Shown here: positions 49,548 to 63,754 of the stretch, piece by piece | Layout of the letters: every line of letters begins with the position of its first letter | Position numbering within the stretch: position 1 is the stretch's first letter | Assembly: GCF_003918875.1 (NCBI RefSeq) | Contig: NW_025767000.1 | Span: 992,001 to 1,056,000 of the forward strand | Direction: 5' to 3' | Source of the DNA: Haliotis rubra | Taxonomy: Eukaryota | Length of the DNA stretch: 64,000 nt | Made by a program: the position numbers and the translations under genes | The notes under the pieces: model-generated | Seen by the model: the letters and a program-made list of their open reading frames with translations, nothing else | What the model was told of the DNA's origin: nothing | The model's database searches: none

Positions 49548-51564
49548 AAGAAACAGACCAATCAGCTATAGGAGGGCACTGGACCATGTCATGGGAACTC
49601 TACGGCCTGGTGACAGTCAGCAACAGAGACGTCAACAAACATCCTGGAAGTCAGTAATCTATATTTATAAATAACTGAATAACCCGGTTTATGTTACAAA
49701 ATATCTGCTGGCGCTGCGATTTGCAATGTTCACATGTGTGTGCTAATGAGTCGCAGTGCAACAGGTTGTGAAAACTAACCATCCACGTGACGCCCATATT
49801 AAGTCATTTCCGTTGTAGTTCTGCTGGACGAAGGAACACCATCAGGACTTTGTGGACGACTTGAGGGCATGATCGATCTAGTTTAGATCACACCGACCTC
49901 CGATTACCTCTGTATGGAACCTGAGAAGGTAAGTAAGGATAAACCTGCACAATACCTGATCGATACATAGACTATTCCCCCCTTCCTTTCTGAACTGTAT
50001 CGAACGTTGTGATATCTTCTGAATGGAATTTTTAGGGGATGGTGCCTTCCGACTATTATTGTCCTGACTCATTGTGTTGACAACCCAAACTACATTATTT
50101 AAGAAGTAAAGTACTCCCTATGTGTAGTGTAAAGAAACATAGTTTTGCATTAAAGTATAATAGTCGAAGCGCAAGGACATTTTACATTGCCACTAGAAAA
50201 ACCAAAACCAAAGGATCTCAATGATCAATCAAATCAACTATGTTATACATCCAAATTGATTTTGCAAAAGTTTTCGTCGCTCAGATACATCGTGAAGATA
50301 TGGATCTAAAGCATTTACTATGGAATATCAGTTGTGATAAATCGTTTACATATAAACCGTACATGTATGCTTTGTGAACCTGTTTCTGACATAATATTCT
50401 CATCACGTTATATCTGCATTGGAATACGGCCAGCATAATACACAGGTACATTGTACTGACGTTCCCTTGCATGGGATAATGACGTTCTGCATGCACTCCT
50501 TGCTTAATGATGGGTTGTTAGGGTATCATTAGATATACGCATTACAGTTTAGACGTAAGAGCAAGTTTTGAGTTGCGGGTGCAACCGGTGGAGCAAGACA
50601 TGCTTACCTGTTTCATGAACTACTTATGTCATCACTTATTTTCAGTGGTCGTTCCGTTTAATGTCCACCAAAGATGTTTCCGCAGACAGTCGAGATTGGT
50701 TATTTTTCTGGCGTTGCGGTTTCACAATTTGTAAACCCGTGAAGATCCGGGTTAGAATTGATCTTCAGTAACCAATGCTTGTCGTACTTATGGGATCGGG
50801 TGGTCAGGCTCGCTGACTTGGTTGACACATGTCATCGGTTCCTAATTGCGCAGATCGATGATCATGTTGTTGATCACTGGACTGTCTGGCCAAGACTCGA
50901 TTATTTACAGACCGCCGCCATGTAACTAGAAAACATTTGCGGAAGAGTCTTAGCCACTATCAAAGATACCTTTCCTGGCCTTTTACTATCGTGGAATGAA
51001 TACGAATTTGCAAATAAATGATTAACATGAAATAAATTCACTAAAACTGAGAATACCCCACAACATGCCATCTTGTGGGGTGGCGGAGGAACGTGTTGTA
51101 ATAGACACAACATATCAACACATTATCTACAGCCTCCGAAAACCTTCAATGAAAAGATCAGTTTTCAATGCACCTATACTATTTAGGTAGCATATATTCA
51201 TATGTTTTGCTTTTCTCAATGTTCTATTAAACTGTCCTATTTACCTGAACGTCGCAAAAGTTTTACTAACTATGGGTAATAAAGGGGCTTTTTATAATTA
51301 ACTGGCTTGAATTCAACTTCAGTTAAATAATAATACCATATAATCCTTGAAAGCCTTCACAAGTTTAGAATTACTGTGCAACAGGGCATGCGGCCATAAA
51401 CCAGAGTCTACCCATCCTAAACATGTCATGGTCGCCTTCCTGCTTTGCGTGCACCGAACACAGTATGCAAAAACACTGGCTTCCATTTGTGTTATCTCAT
51501 TTCAAATTACATATGTTTTCTTTTAATTTTTGTGAAAGGATCACATGCCTTTGTTTAGTACACA

Positions 51565-51937
51565 GTAATAGTAATAGTCCGCTTATATGGCGCTCATATC
51601 CAGGCACATTGCCTGCTCACGGCGCTACGTACATTACTACCCCGGTCATAAGACACTATCGTACTTTCCGATACTTTTCCAACTCCCTGGGAAGCATACA
51701 GCCACGCTGCCTGTTAGGCGCAATGAACTTAACACTCGCATTGACAGCTGCATCCTCACGGGTACCCATTTTACAGCTGATTGAACTGAGACAATGTGGA
51801 CCTAAGTATCTTGTTCAAGGATACTACCCGAATGTGCCCACCTCGGGACCCCAACCTAGATGCCTCCACCAGGGATCGAACCCAGGCCTTCAGCGTGATA
51901 GGCAGACGCCTTACCACTGCACTATTGCGCTCCACAC
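51565..51937 (-). mobile_element. tRNA-derived CORE-like SINE
   Basis: TAGTGCAGTGG / GGTTCGATCCC head, TCCTTGAACAAGATACTT..CAGCTGTAAAATGGGTACC core, and a (TAT/TAC) tail. Confidence 0.75.
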
Positions 51938-52099
51938 AGCGAACAGATTGCGAACAGAGATCAAAGGTTGGGCTGCCATGTGTGATTAAACCAACAAGAA
52001 AGCAAGAGCAAAACGCAATGCTTGCTGGGAAGCAGCGTCAGATATTATAAACCAGAGCCAGCGGACAGAGGTGCTGAAGGAACATGCAAAAATGCAGAA

Positions 52100-52620
52100 G
52101 GTGCGGGTGGCGGGGCAGAACCAGGAACATGAGCAGAAGAAGCAGGAACAGGAGCAAGAACATACGCAGGACCAGGAGGAGAAGGAATAGCAACAAACAC
52201 GGGAGCAGAATGAGCAGGACCAGGGACAGACGGAGCAGGTACAGGAAAATAAACTGGAGCAGAAGAAGGAACAGCAAACCGAACTGTTCAGGAACACTAA
52301 CAGAAGGAGCAGAAATAGGAGCAAAAGGAACAGGAACAGAAGCAGGTACATGATTAGATGGAGCAGGAACAGGAACAAAATGAGCAGGAACAGGGGGGCA
52401 AAAGGTGCAGGAACAGAATCAGGAGCAAGAACAGAAGCAGGAACACGATTAGAAGGAGCAAGAACAGGAACAATACCAGGAACAGGAACAGGAACAGAAG
52501 GAAAAAGGGACATCAACAGATGCAGTTGCAGAAAGAGGAACATGCAGAGAAAACGATGCAGGAATGGAAAGAGGAGCAGGAACAGATGCAGGACGAGGAC
52601 CAGCAGCAGGATCAGGATCA
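52100..52620. repeat. Purine-rich low-complexity (CAGGAA/GAGCAG)n tract
   Basis: The Glu/Gln-like frame is broken by stops and frameshifts. Confidence 0.8.
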
Positions 52621-54252
52621 TGTTGCTCATAAGTATATGTTGCTAAATTCTCTGAGTGTACTGTAGCCGTCCACGACGAGGATTTAATGACTGAGGTAAC
52701 AGTATATAGATAAGAATGTTCTACTGCAATTGAGTATAATGAATAACCATGAACACATTATTCATACACTCCGAATATGTTTTATCACTGATGCATATTT
52801 ATTCTGTAAAAAGGGGAAAGATATTAATGTTACATATTCATTTGTTCGCCAGAACCAACGCACTGATATATTATGGTGCAAGTCAACATAGAGAATGGCA
52901 CAGATATAATTTTCTTCAACACCAGATGAAAGGGTCGTATGCCGTTATTTGAAAGAGCATGCTCGTTTGTGGCCCAAAAGTTGTGGGACTTGCTGGAACA
53001 TTGCTCGACATCAAGGGAAAACTGACGTCGTCGTTCTTGTTGGAAGTCTTGTTTTGTGTTTTAAGTCCCACAACTTGTCTTGTTTTGGTTTTTCATAATC
53101 TTAATGTATACCTCAATATAAAACACATAAGGTTGTTTACTTTGTTTCTAGTTCAGATGGGTAAATCAGTTGAAGGGAATTTGCTATTTGATGGTTATTG
53201 CTATCAGATCATCGACTTACCTGTAAATTAAGTTAAAGTGCTGATCTAAAAAAACACTTTTACTTTGCCGAATTTATGTGATACAGATAGAGATACATCA
53301 ATCAAGTGTGGACTAACAGTTAAGAATAACCCATTTGACATAGTTCAACAATTCCTGGAAATCACAGCGTGATACGTTCATCAACCTGAAATCTGATACG
53401 TTTGTGTAGGACAGCAGAAACTGGTTCAACACTGCTGGATAATACAGAACACTAAGCCAGAATCTCTCGATGTGTGTATACTGTATGTTTAAGGACAGCA
53501 CATGGACATTTCCTCAAATGGACATTTTCGGTACATGAACGTTTTCAGTCTACATGAATGAGGGGAATGGATTGTGTCATTTTGTGTTACAGTGGACAAT
53601 ATGCCGTCTTTGATCGTGTTACAGCTAAATATGATTATTAAATTAAATATTTCAAAATGGCTATTAGATTAAAGTAACTGAAGCTAGCGGTGGTAACTAA
53701 ACACACAGACATATAACATAGCAATACAATATGACTTATGTCTGAATATTATCTCACGACAGAAGATGTCTGTGTATCCCTAAGGGATCTTATGTACGAG
53801 CAATTAGTGTAATGCTGTCATACATTGTAGTAGGTCATTCTCTGCAGTCTATCTCTTCACAGCTGCTCTCAAGCGAATGTTCTACTTGTCAGGAGAAACA
53901 GTATATAGCCTTCTTTAAGACTGATATCATCACTGCAACACGCTAGTTATTGGTGAGTGTCGCATTTACCTTTGTGACTTCTGTTGTATTTGAACGCTGT
54001 GCCAAAGATGAACCCTGTACTTTATAACTGATTGTAGTATTTGAGAAATAATGTATTATTTCAGTTCACTTGATGATACCCAGGAATCCAAATCCTTAAT
54101 GGCGACTTCAAGTAAGACTTCAAGTAAGCTGCAGAAACAGAAACTTTGGTTATTACTGGTAAGTTACTAGCCACATTTTCTGGCTTGCCCAAGGTTGGAC
54201 AGTCTCCATCCAAACCCTTTCTATGATCATGCGGATACAGCGTTTTGAGAAA

Positions 54253-54291
<39 letters not shown>

Positions 54292-54924
54292 TGTTTGTGT
54301 GTTTGTTTGTTTGTTAGTGTGTGTGTGCAGGGGATCCGCCTTTGCATAGAAATCCATGTAAAACAAAAAAGTCCACTGTAAGACTCCGACTCGATCATAA
54401 GCATGTACGTATGAACCCCTATCAAACAATTATGATACCAGGTGTTCGTGAAAAGCTGAACCTAACTTGCTTCAGGAAAACAGTAAAACATTTGACACAG
54501 GACAACGTAGAGAATTGCATAAGGGCATCATGGTCGAGACTAACGTTTTGAATGTAACCCTGTTCATACAACATTGCGCCATATTACGATACCACCACAA
54601 AGGGAGAGCTGACTGTTGGAGAGTTGGAGTAAGGGACCGTTTATAATTTATGGCTTGGGGAGGCGCGCGTTCTGCTGAGGTAGGGTGTCATCAATTATGT
54701 ACACATGCACTGTACATATAAATGTTGAAAAGTTATGCTGCCAAAATATCTGAAGGGGGGTGGGTGGGGTGTTTGTGTCATTGTTCTTGCACTTACTTTG
54801 CACATAAGTTTCACATTATACATGCTTCTCAATTTACGTCACTCTGAATCTTTACGCATAGATCTGAATATGAATCAGTATATTTCATTTCTTGTTCAGC
54901 TTGGTAATTTGGTGGAAACGAAAT

Positions 54925-55093
54925 GACTGACTGACTGAGTTGTTTTTTTTACGCCGCTTTTAGCAATATTCCAGCAACATCACGGCGGGGGACACCAGAA
55001 ATGGGCTTCACACATTGTACCCATGTGGGGATTCGAACCCGGGTCTTCGGCGTGACGAGCCAACGCTTTAACCATTAGGCTACCCCACCGCCC
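54925..55093 (-). mobile_element. tRNA-derived SINE, family 1, full length
   Basis: A/B boxes and conserved body. Confidence 0.85.
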
Positions 55094-56019
55094 GGTGGAA
55101 ACGAACTAGTTATTTCAACTTTTTCTGAATGAAGATCATTGATATACCTGAAGTTAAAGTTAAACTTCTCGCAAGATTCTCTTGTTTTGATTTTGTCTAC
55201 CCGAGGTGAATTCCCAAGAAATGAGCAAGGACTGTTGCACGATTGGCGTCCTTTGGTGTCCTTACCTCTTGCCATATGTCCCATCAGCAAATGTCAGATC
55301 GATGTCATCCATGAGGATGTCAATCAACTAATTTAATTTTATACAAATTGACCTCCTGTAAGATAGGGCTGTCACTTCATCTATTGACAAATGACTTTCC
55401 TTAAGTATACCAAGTTGAAATATCAAATGCTTTTTAACATAACTGAACTTGGATCTTTGAGAATCCACATGATATTAATTCCACTTGTCTCAATTCTATT
55501 ACTATAATTAAGTCGTTCCTTGATTGTTAGACCATAAGATTACTCTTTGAGACAAAAGTAAGGAGTTGCGCAGCAATATATCTCTCTTTGTACTGAATTG
55601 TGTAGAACTTCCTATGTAAAAATAGGAATGGAGATGTCTGCTGGTTTGAAAGTTCAAGTAAGAGTCGATAGAGCTGATGCGCGGTTTTGGATGGTTAAAT
55701 TCTCTCTTACCAACGTTTTGGATGATTAAATTCTGTGTCACCAAGGTTTTGCTCGTCACGATATGGCTGAAATATTGCCGATGTGACGTTAAATAATAAC
55801 TCACTCACTCACCAAGGTTTTGTATGATTACATACTGTAACGTCACTGTGATGAAACATTGAATGTTATGAGTCTATATAATATTTGAGAATTGTCATTT
55901 CTACTTCATACAGAAACGAAGAAACCAATACCAAAACAACTTTATACTATCATTCTACCAACTCTGAGCCATGAACGGCAACCATTATTTCAACATACAC
56001 TACTTATATTCCGCAGATA

Positions 56020-58152
56020 ATGTCTGTTGGTGTGGCGCTTCTATGCATGTATGCTGAGATCGTGGCCAGTAAATTCATTCAGCCTGTTGGAAGAGACGTA
56101 CATGCTCAAGGGTCAAGTGAAAGGACATCCGTTGGAAGGACTAGTACGCATCATGATTCCTGTCTATTACAGCAGTACTTAGACTTGATACTTTCCTTGA
56201 TGGATACTAGTAATATCGCCCCGCGATTGATGATCAGTGTCGCTAAAACTGACAGATCTTACCATCACTTTACTATCAGGAATGCGGGGCTGAAACTGCA
56301 GTGTATACAACCCTCTTAATTCAAAGAGCCTTGCCCTAGGACACATATATACTGGACAAAATAAGTTAGGTATATTTATGATTGATATTTTATCAGTGTG
56401 TCAATGAATAAATATATTGTTATTGATAATTTCAAAATTTACATATATCCCTAACTATTTTTGTCCAGTATAGATATAAAATGTGAATTATGTTCATATA
56501 TAACAGTTATTTTGATGGTTGAGGAGACAATTTGGGCCACAAAAAACTGTGTGCAAGTGGTTTTCGACTTGGGTTCTATGTAAATGAGGGCCGCATGTAT
56601 CAACATCCCGAAAAATATAATAGTGAGGCACTTTCTTCAAGAGGGCATGTGGATATTTTGACAGTATTGTCTTAACAATACTTGCCTGAAACAAAAGTCC
56701 CCACTTATCTTACACGCAAAACACATTATAACGACGAAAATAACAAAGGTGTGTCAGGAAAAGTCACTTGTACATGGGCGGATGTTGTTAATATAAACTA
56801 ACAATGTTGCAGATTGGGCCAAGGTGCTGATTCTCGGGGCTGGAGCAGCAGGAATGTCAGCAGCCAAAGAATTAACACAAAATGGCATCACAGACTTTTT
56901 AATGATCGAAGGCTCCAATAGGATTGGTGGCAGGTTAAAATCCGTTCGCTTTGGTGGAAAAACGGTCGAGGCTGGAGCGAACTGGATGATGGTTAGGAAT
57001 GCCCGAAACCCACTATGGCAGACAATACAGAAGTACAACATCTCAGGCCGAACACTTGATGAAAAAGATGTGTTGATAAGATACATGAATGGTGAAGATG
57101 TAACGACGACTGCGGGTGCAAAGGCATGGGAAAAACTGTCGATAGCAAAGGAAACGATGTCGGAGATTACAACCCGGATGACAAGTGGTGCTCAAAGTGA
57201 CATGTCCATCAGGGCTTGTCTGGGTCTGGGAGAGTGGGAACCTGTAACTGCCGTGGAGAATGTGGCGGAGGTTTTCGAATACGACTTTCAGTATGGCAAT
57301 ACTCCCGAAGTCTCATCCTGCCGGAGTGATGGAATCCTGCAGCAATACCTCGACGGTATGTATTACATTGCGGACGAGAAAGGGTTCGAGTCGGTCATCA
57401 AGAACGTAGCAGACGAGATTTTTGAACAAAATGACGAACGATTGATTCTGAATGAAGTTGTACACACAATCAACTACACAGACTCTAATGTCGTTGTTGA
57501 GACAAGTAGTAGCACAATATACATATCAGAATTTGTTTTACTTACGTTCAGTATAGGTGTTCTCAAAAGCGGATCTGTGATATTTAATCCTTCGCTGCCG
57601 GAGTGGAAGGTAGACAATTTGGCAAGAGTGCGATTTGAAAATTACATGAGTATATTCCTGAAGTTCCCAGACAATACGCGTCAGTTTTGGGATGACGCAT
57701 TATACATTCTTCACGCCCACGAGAGAAGAAACTTCTACCCAGTGTGGATTAATCATAATTCCGATGCCATGTCAACAGAGGACACGAACATTCTTCAACT
57801 TGTTACATTTGGAGAGGAAGCCGACAGGATAAGCAAGATGGACGATGCTGAGATTACAAAAGAGGTCATGGAGGTCTTGAGAAAGGTGTACTGTAAAGGC
57901 AATGTTTCTGAACCGGAGGATGTTTTAATAACTCGATGGAAAACAGATCCGCTGTACCAGGGAAGCTTTGCCAATGTGCAGCCTGGAATTCCACTAGAGT
58001 CTTTGGGTACCATTTCAGCACCCGTTGGACGATTACACTTTGCAGGGGATGCTTACTCTGAGTTTGATGGATACGTTGTGGGGGCAGCCATAAGCGGGGT
58101 GGAAAGTGCCAGAAGGATTTTGCAAACACTCCGTGATGGTGCGAATTCGTAG
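56020..58152 (+). CDS. Polyamine-oxidase-like paralogue (PAO-2); tentative leader exon 56020-56068 plus catalytic exon 56813-58152
   Basis: GAGAAG, RIGGR, VEAGANW and LHFAGD. The acceptor TTGCAG/AT has the same position and phase as in PAO-1. A hydrophobic MSVGVALLCMYAEIVA follows CCGCAG; the donor choice is uncertain. Confidence 0.82.
56350..56470. mobile_element. 121-bp Tc1/mariner-type MITE in the PAO-2 intron
   Basis: TA-TACTGGACAAAA(T/A)..AGTTAGG / CCTAACT..TTTTGTCCAGTA-TA. Confidence 0.75.
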
Positions 58153-59315
58153 AAGAAAGTCATACACATTTTACTATCAGGAGACTCATTTTTGTCACAA
58201 GTCAGCAGGCCTTTTCCATACAAGTAAATATACAACGAAATCAGTGGCGAATACAAATGGAATTTCAAATTTAGTATTTTACCTTAAACCATCGTTTTAC
58301 ACCATATCAATAATGCATTCCTAATTTTGAATAAGTAATATCTTAGAAAACGTTTGATTTCACTCTATATCAAGTAATACCATCGAAACAGCACATACAG
58401 CCGAAACTACACGTGCAATCAGGGTATATAAATGATAGGACCGCGTGTGAGACAATCGCAAGGAGTAACAAAGCATAACAGGGAATACCTCGACTGACAT
58501 CGGAACAAAGCAAGCAAGCCCTGGGTATGATACAGATGAGAGCTACCCAAGGTAGCCACGGCTAATAAATACCGGTACTTGCGTGTTTTGTGTATGGATC
58601 ATATGGTTGGTCCTGCCCCCAGTCAACAGTTCTTGACAGTAGAGCATCCATGTCAGAGATTGAGAATTGACTGTACGTCGTTGACAGCGACGTGACTGGT
58701 AGAGGGTTGTCTTCGCTGACGAAAGCCGGTCTGTTCTGTCTGTTGTTTAATGCCGAACAGGAGAATGAAAGGCGGAATCCTGCGTTCTGAGATGTCATGG
58801 ATCGTCGAGTTCTACAGCGGCAAATTCTCCATCCACTCGACATGAGCTGATCTAGACCGGTCAAGGTGAAAGGCGACGTATCCCACATGACGTCGTAGTT
58901 TGTAGTCGAGGGTGGTCATTCACGCTGTTAACGCGACGTGTAATTGAACTTGAGCTATTTAAATTTTAGATTAGATTTTGGTCTTTTCAATACATTTTAC
59001 TTCATGTGCCTATTGTCTGTGGTTTTTAAACGAAATTGTGTTTTTTGAACTACAGCTTTTTTCAGGTTTGAAAGGGTGAACAATAATTGAATCGCCTCAG
59101 TACGTGTGGTTTTCATTATATATGACACCTCATTATCCACACACTGCTTATGCGTGACATGCAACGTTTGTATTATACCAGAGAGCGAATACATCTTGCG
59201 ACGCGTTTAACGTTTTACAGAAATGACAACAGGCCGATAACGAGACACACTCTCAAATATATAAGGGAATTCTTGATTTGAGTGCAGCTTTTGTTGAGTT
59301 CTAACTTACATTACC

Positions 59316-59316
<1 letters not shown>

Positions 59317-59375
<59 letters not shown>

Positions 59376-59381
59376 CGCGCA
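59317..59381. repeat. (GT)n(GC)n microsatellite
   Basis: Direct reading; another (GT)n lies at 54256-54327. Confidence 0.95.
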
Positions 59382-59786
59382 CAAACGCAATAGTCACATT
59401 AAGCTGCACTTGCTCACACAAGCCAGAGAGTGTTGGTTCTCTAATGACACTCGCTAATGCAACTGAGTAAACATCACGCTTGAAATGAAATAACTCTGAG
59501 ATATTACTTCCATGAACAGAAAACTGCGTTTCGTGGGTACTGTAGAGGAGGGACCTCAGTATGTGAGATATTGCCCGAGAGTATATTTTCTTGACTGTGA
59601 AATAGGTACTGTAAGTCAATGAGCCGGTCAGACCTAAAGAATGACACCTGGACAAGTCGTCACATAACATTAACTAGACTTTGCACTAGATTAAAATCTG
59701 CACCTGTCATAGAGAATTTCGTGCAGTAGCAGAGAAAGACAAATGCAACATGAACACATGCCGTTTAACTTAGTGCAGGGCTACCT

Positions 59787-60012
59787 ACCCGTGAAGACCC
59801 GGGTTAGAATTGGTCTTCAGCAGCCCTTGCTTGTCGTAAGAGACGACTAACGGGATCGGGAGGTCAGGCTCGCTGACTGGGTTGACACTTGTCACCGCAT
59901 CCCAATTGCGGAGATCGATGCTCATGCTGATGATCACTGGATTGTCTGGTTCAGACTCGATTATTTACAGACCGCCACCATATAGCTGGAATATTGCTGA
60001 GAGCGGCGTTAA
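59787..60012 (+). mobile_element. SINE-like family 2, full length
   Basis: ACCCGTGAAGACCCGGGTTAGAATTGGTCTTCAG head through GGCGTTAAA tail. Confidence 0.85.
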
Positions 60013-63000
60013 AGGTCACATGCAACCAAAAAATCAAACATAATTAAAAAACAATTATCACTTATTCGTGACATATAATATACATTGCTGGTTATGAAAA
60101 AACATATAAACAAAATTATAAGCGTACAATCGCAAATCAAAAGTGCAATATTGTGTACTTCGGTTTACTTCCCAAGAACCGAAGCAGCCGGGATACCGAA
60201 CCCAGCCAGAGCGGGTGGGTGTGCACTCAAGTGTAACGGCTGGTTCATTTGCGTATGCCCTCACGGCTTATTGTGTGTGTATATGTAGAGATGTTGGGTT
60301 TTGTAAATACATGCTCATTTTTTGTGTATAACATTTTGCAATCAACAGACATCATAACATGTCAAGTGTTCAACTATCACACCTGCCTGTCTGTGTAATT
60401 ACATGATGTGACAGAGACCAAACTCGGGCCATAAATCAATGCATTTTGTTTATGGTGTATAGCCTGATTGGTGTTAAGTTCAAATTGCATGTGGTCAGTG
60501 ATAGCAGCTGTGTATTAAATATTGTCATTAGCAGACAGGCAGACACACAGATGTCAATAAAACAAGACATTGAGTTTTGTCTGTGACAACGACATATCTA
60601 TATCACAGTTAGAAATTCTGTCAACGCTAAATAATGACATTGCTTTTAAGTATCGAACTGAGAAAGTGACTCGGTAAGAAGAACGTGTGGTGAAATTATA
60701 TAAACAGTTATTTACTGTCATAACATATAAAAAAGCTCTCGCCTGTGAGATATCAACAAAACATTAGAAAAATAGCTCAAACCAAAGCCTTCACCGAGTA
60801 TTCACCGGACAACCCGCTTCCAAGCTGCGCGAACCTATTTCACTGCGCACGTGCTATGAGCGCAGCCCAGCTGTTGAAACCCGTTTTCCCCAGAAAAGTC
60901 TGGGGAAAATTAGTGAAACGTTTGAACTCCGATTTCGCGCATTTTTTTTCAACTTTATAAGTTGAATTTGCATTTTTTGACGATTTGTTTCGTTAAGTCC
61001 ATATATTTTGAACAGGAAGAACTTCTTTATAGGCTGAACGGCGGGCAATACGAAAGACAACATAAGCAACTAATCAACCGTAGGCTATCATGGCGTCGTG
61101 TATATGTGTCTCCCAACATGGTGGCCCCGACAGGTATTGTTCTCCAATCAACATTGATCTATCGTCTTCAATAAACCTTCACTGACATTGCTTCGGTTCC
61201 AACTTGTCGGTATATACCTTCATACTGAGAAAACGTTTACGAACGCTTCGATACTTACGTGAACACTCATATGTGATCAAATATCTTTCTGTGACATAGA
61301 CCTACGCACAGTACGAAGCATTCGTAAAATCAGTGTTTGTTCCTTTACAGAGAAAGCATCGTAACTATTATTTTTATGTACCCGTGAAGATTCGGGTTAG
61401 AATTGTGATAAGAGGCGACAGATGTCCTCGTATCCCAATTGCGTAGATCGATGCTCATGATGTTGAGGTATTGATCACAGGATTGTCTGGTCCAGACTCG
61501 TTTATTGCCAGACCACAGCCATGTAGCTGGAATATTGCTGAGTGCGGCATTTAACAAACAAATAAACAAAAACACACACACACTTTATTCTTATGAATGA
61601 GTGGGATTCAAGGCGGTTTTGAAAAATCGTCAGGTTACATACCTGGACTGAGAGTTTGCTGATGTGACGTTAATTAGTATCTTGCCCTTTCATTCCTAAA
61701 GTTAGTACTGTCATGCGTAAGGAGAGAACATATGTATATTCTAATCTTCACAACTACATGTATTACTAGAACAAACAAGATCGTCAGCGAACTAGAATTA
61801 AGTAGTCACAGTGGACATTTTCACAACACGGGGGAATCAACTGAAGGGTCAAAACAAATGCATAAAGATATTCGTTCATACGCAGAGAAGCGGCCGCCAA
61901 ATCAATTGACCTATTATCGTCATTTGAAACCTCTAAACTAAACTAAAATCATTCACTCACTCAGTACGTACAGGTGTCATCACCTAGTTGTTTCAAAGAA
62001 TAATGAAGGTTCATGAATAACGGTACATCCATGAGTTTGTTATTTTCCCTGTAGGATTTACCTATATGCGAGTGTATAAGTAACAATACACTTTATAGAA
62101 AATGAACGTTTTTTTGAGTGTCAAAGTTATACTTTTATCGTCTCTGCTTCTCAAGGAGTGAGGGTATGTTTTAAGCCGCTTTGAACAGATGCACCAAGAC
62201 GTGTCTTCTTGATGCAGGTAGAACGCCCAAAGTGATGCAGGCTCCAGACGTTTACCACTGTGGTAAAACTGTGATGCTGACAAACGCAAATACGCAAACA
62301 ACTAGGGTTGCTCGGAATCAAACCCACGATCGTATGCTTTGGGGACGTCTTAGACTCAGTCACCCGTGACTTCTCGTCACAAGAACGTATTAATACACGT
62401 CGTCATAGTTACGTTTCCAGTAAATATTTAAAATAGCAGCTGATATATTTACGAGGCACTGGTGTCCGACACACTGAGCCACGACAACTAGTATATATAT
62501 GGTGGCCGTAATGCTCAGTCACCTTGAATGCAATTCGATGTTTTCTTTCAAGTTGTTAGGCAAAGCACATTCGGGCAGAGCGATAATTGGTTCCTGAAAT
62601 GATTTGCGTTTCCTGGGAAACGGCGAAACATGACTACTATCACTGAGCTCCATTTGATAATGCACCGTTAGTCTAGAGACCCAAATTCCGGCAACCTCTT
62701 TTGTTAACATCCACGTGGGATGTTTCTCTTGAAGCTCGCCCACATTTATTTGTTTTCTTTGAGTCACATTCGAGACTTTCACAAGGAGAACGTCCTAATA
62801 CGCAATCCCATATTGATTCTGACGTTCTAATACTGCCGTTTCTATTGCTTTCAAGGATTATTGTGAAAGGGTGCGCTTGGTAGGCACGTCCTACGGATTG
62901 GCTGACTTAAATGGATGGAAGGTGTATTTGGATAAACCTTATTTCAAGCAGTGAATTGGATGTTATGTGAAATTGAATTACACGGCTTTTCTCGTGAAGG

Positions 63001-63754
63001 TCTTGTATGTCTTTGACGTTTAACAAGGTTAGCGATCTTTAAAGACATTTAACATCGGAACAGCCGTGCAAATTGAATGTTTGCATGTCAGTTCTAACAC
63101 AATGACTCTTTTATTGAAAAAACAACAACCGAACACTAGTCTTAGAGAACCTCATAGAATTTTGCGTGCTTTAACTTCAAAAATGACAATAAAACAGATG
63201 AAATATCAAAGTGGAATTATTTTTTTTATCTGTATAATAAAAACAGTGTGTTTGCGATGGTTTATGTTCATGTGGATCAAGGGATCAGAAACATTTATTC
63301 AGCGCTCCTTAAATTAGTGAAAGAAGACATAGGAAGAACATGGTTAGTTAAGAACTTCAAGAATGCCGATCAAACAATGTTTGAATAATATGCTTATCTG
63401 GCGTCCATCCTATTGGTGGCGTAATGTAGATTAACTATCATGGCGTAGTAGTCATCCCGATTAATATTGCTTCTACAGAAAAGGTTTACCCTTCATTGCA
63501 ATGTATCCTGCAGTGTGTACTATAAGAGTGGTTAGCGGGTTCATTGAGGAAAATATAAAGGACGTCTTAATACAGACTCGACACACTTTTAACCACGGTG
63601 AATGGATCCGTTTATACTGAAACAACATTCCCTGTTCCCAGAGGAACAATCAAATCTGTATTTCAGCGTTAGAAGATTTTGCATTTCCACACCACACTAT
63701 TTAGGTTTTCATCATAAATGGTCAAAATCGGATGATAGGTTTGCGTGTGAAGTT

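Noticed and set aside
48300-49699. Possible solo LTR (TGTCATAAAC..GTTTATGTTACA), and similar TG..CA segments at ~4506-4780 and ~6589-6725
   Set aside because: No clear TSD, PBS/PPT or independent second copy, so it cannot be supported from this window.
51986-52666. Glu/Gln-rich or Leu/Phe-rich protein
   Set aside because: Low-complexity repeat open in several frames; the E/Q frame has a stop and frameshifts, and there are no clear splice sites.
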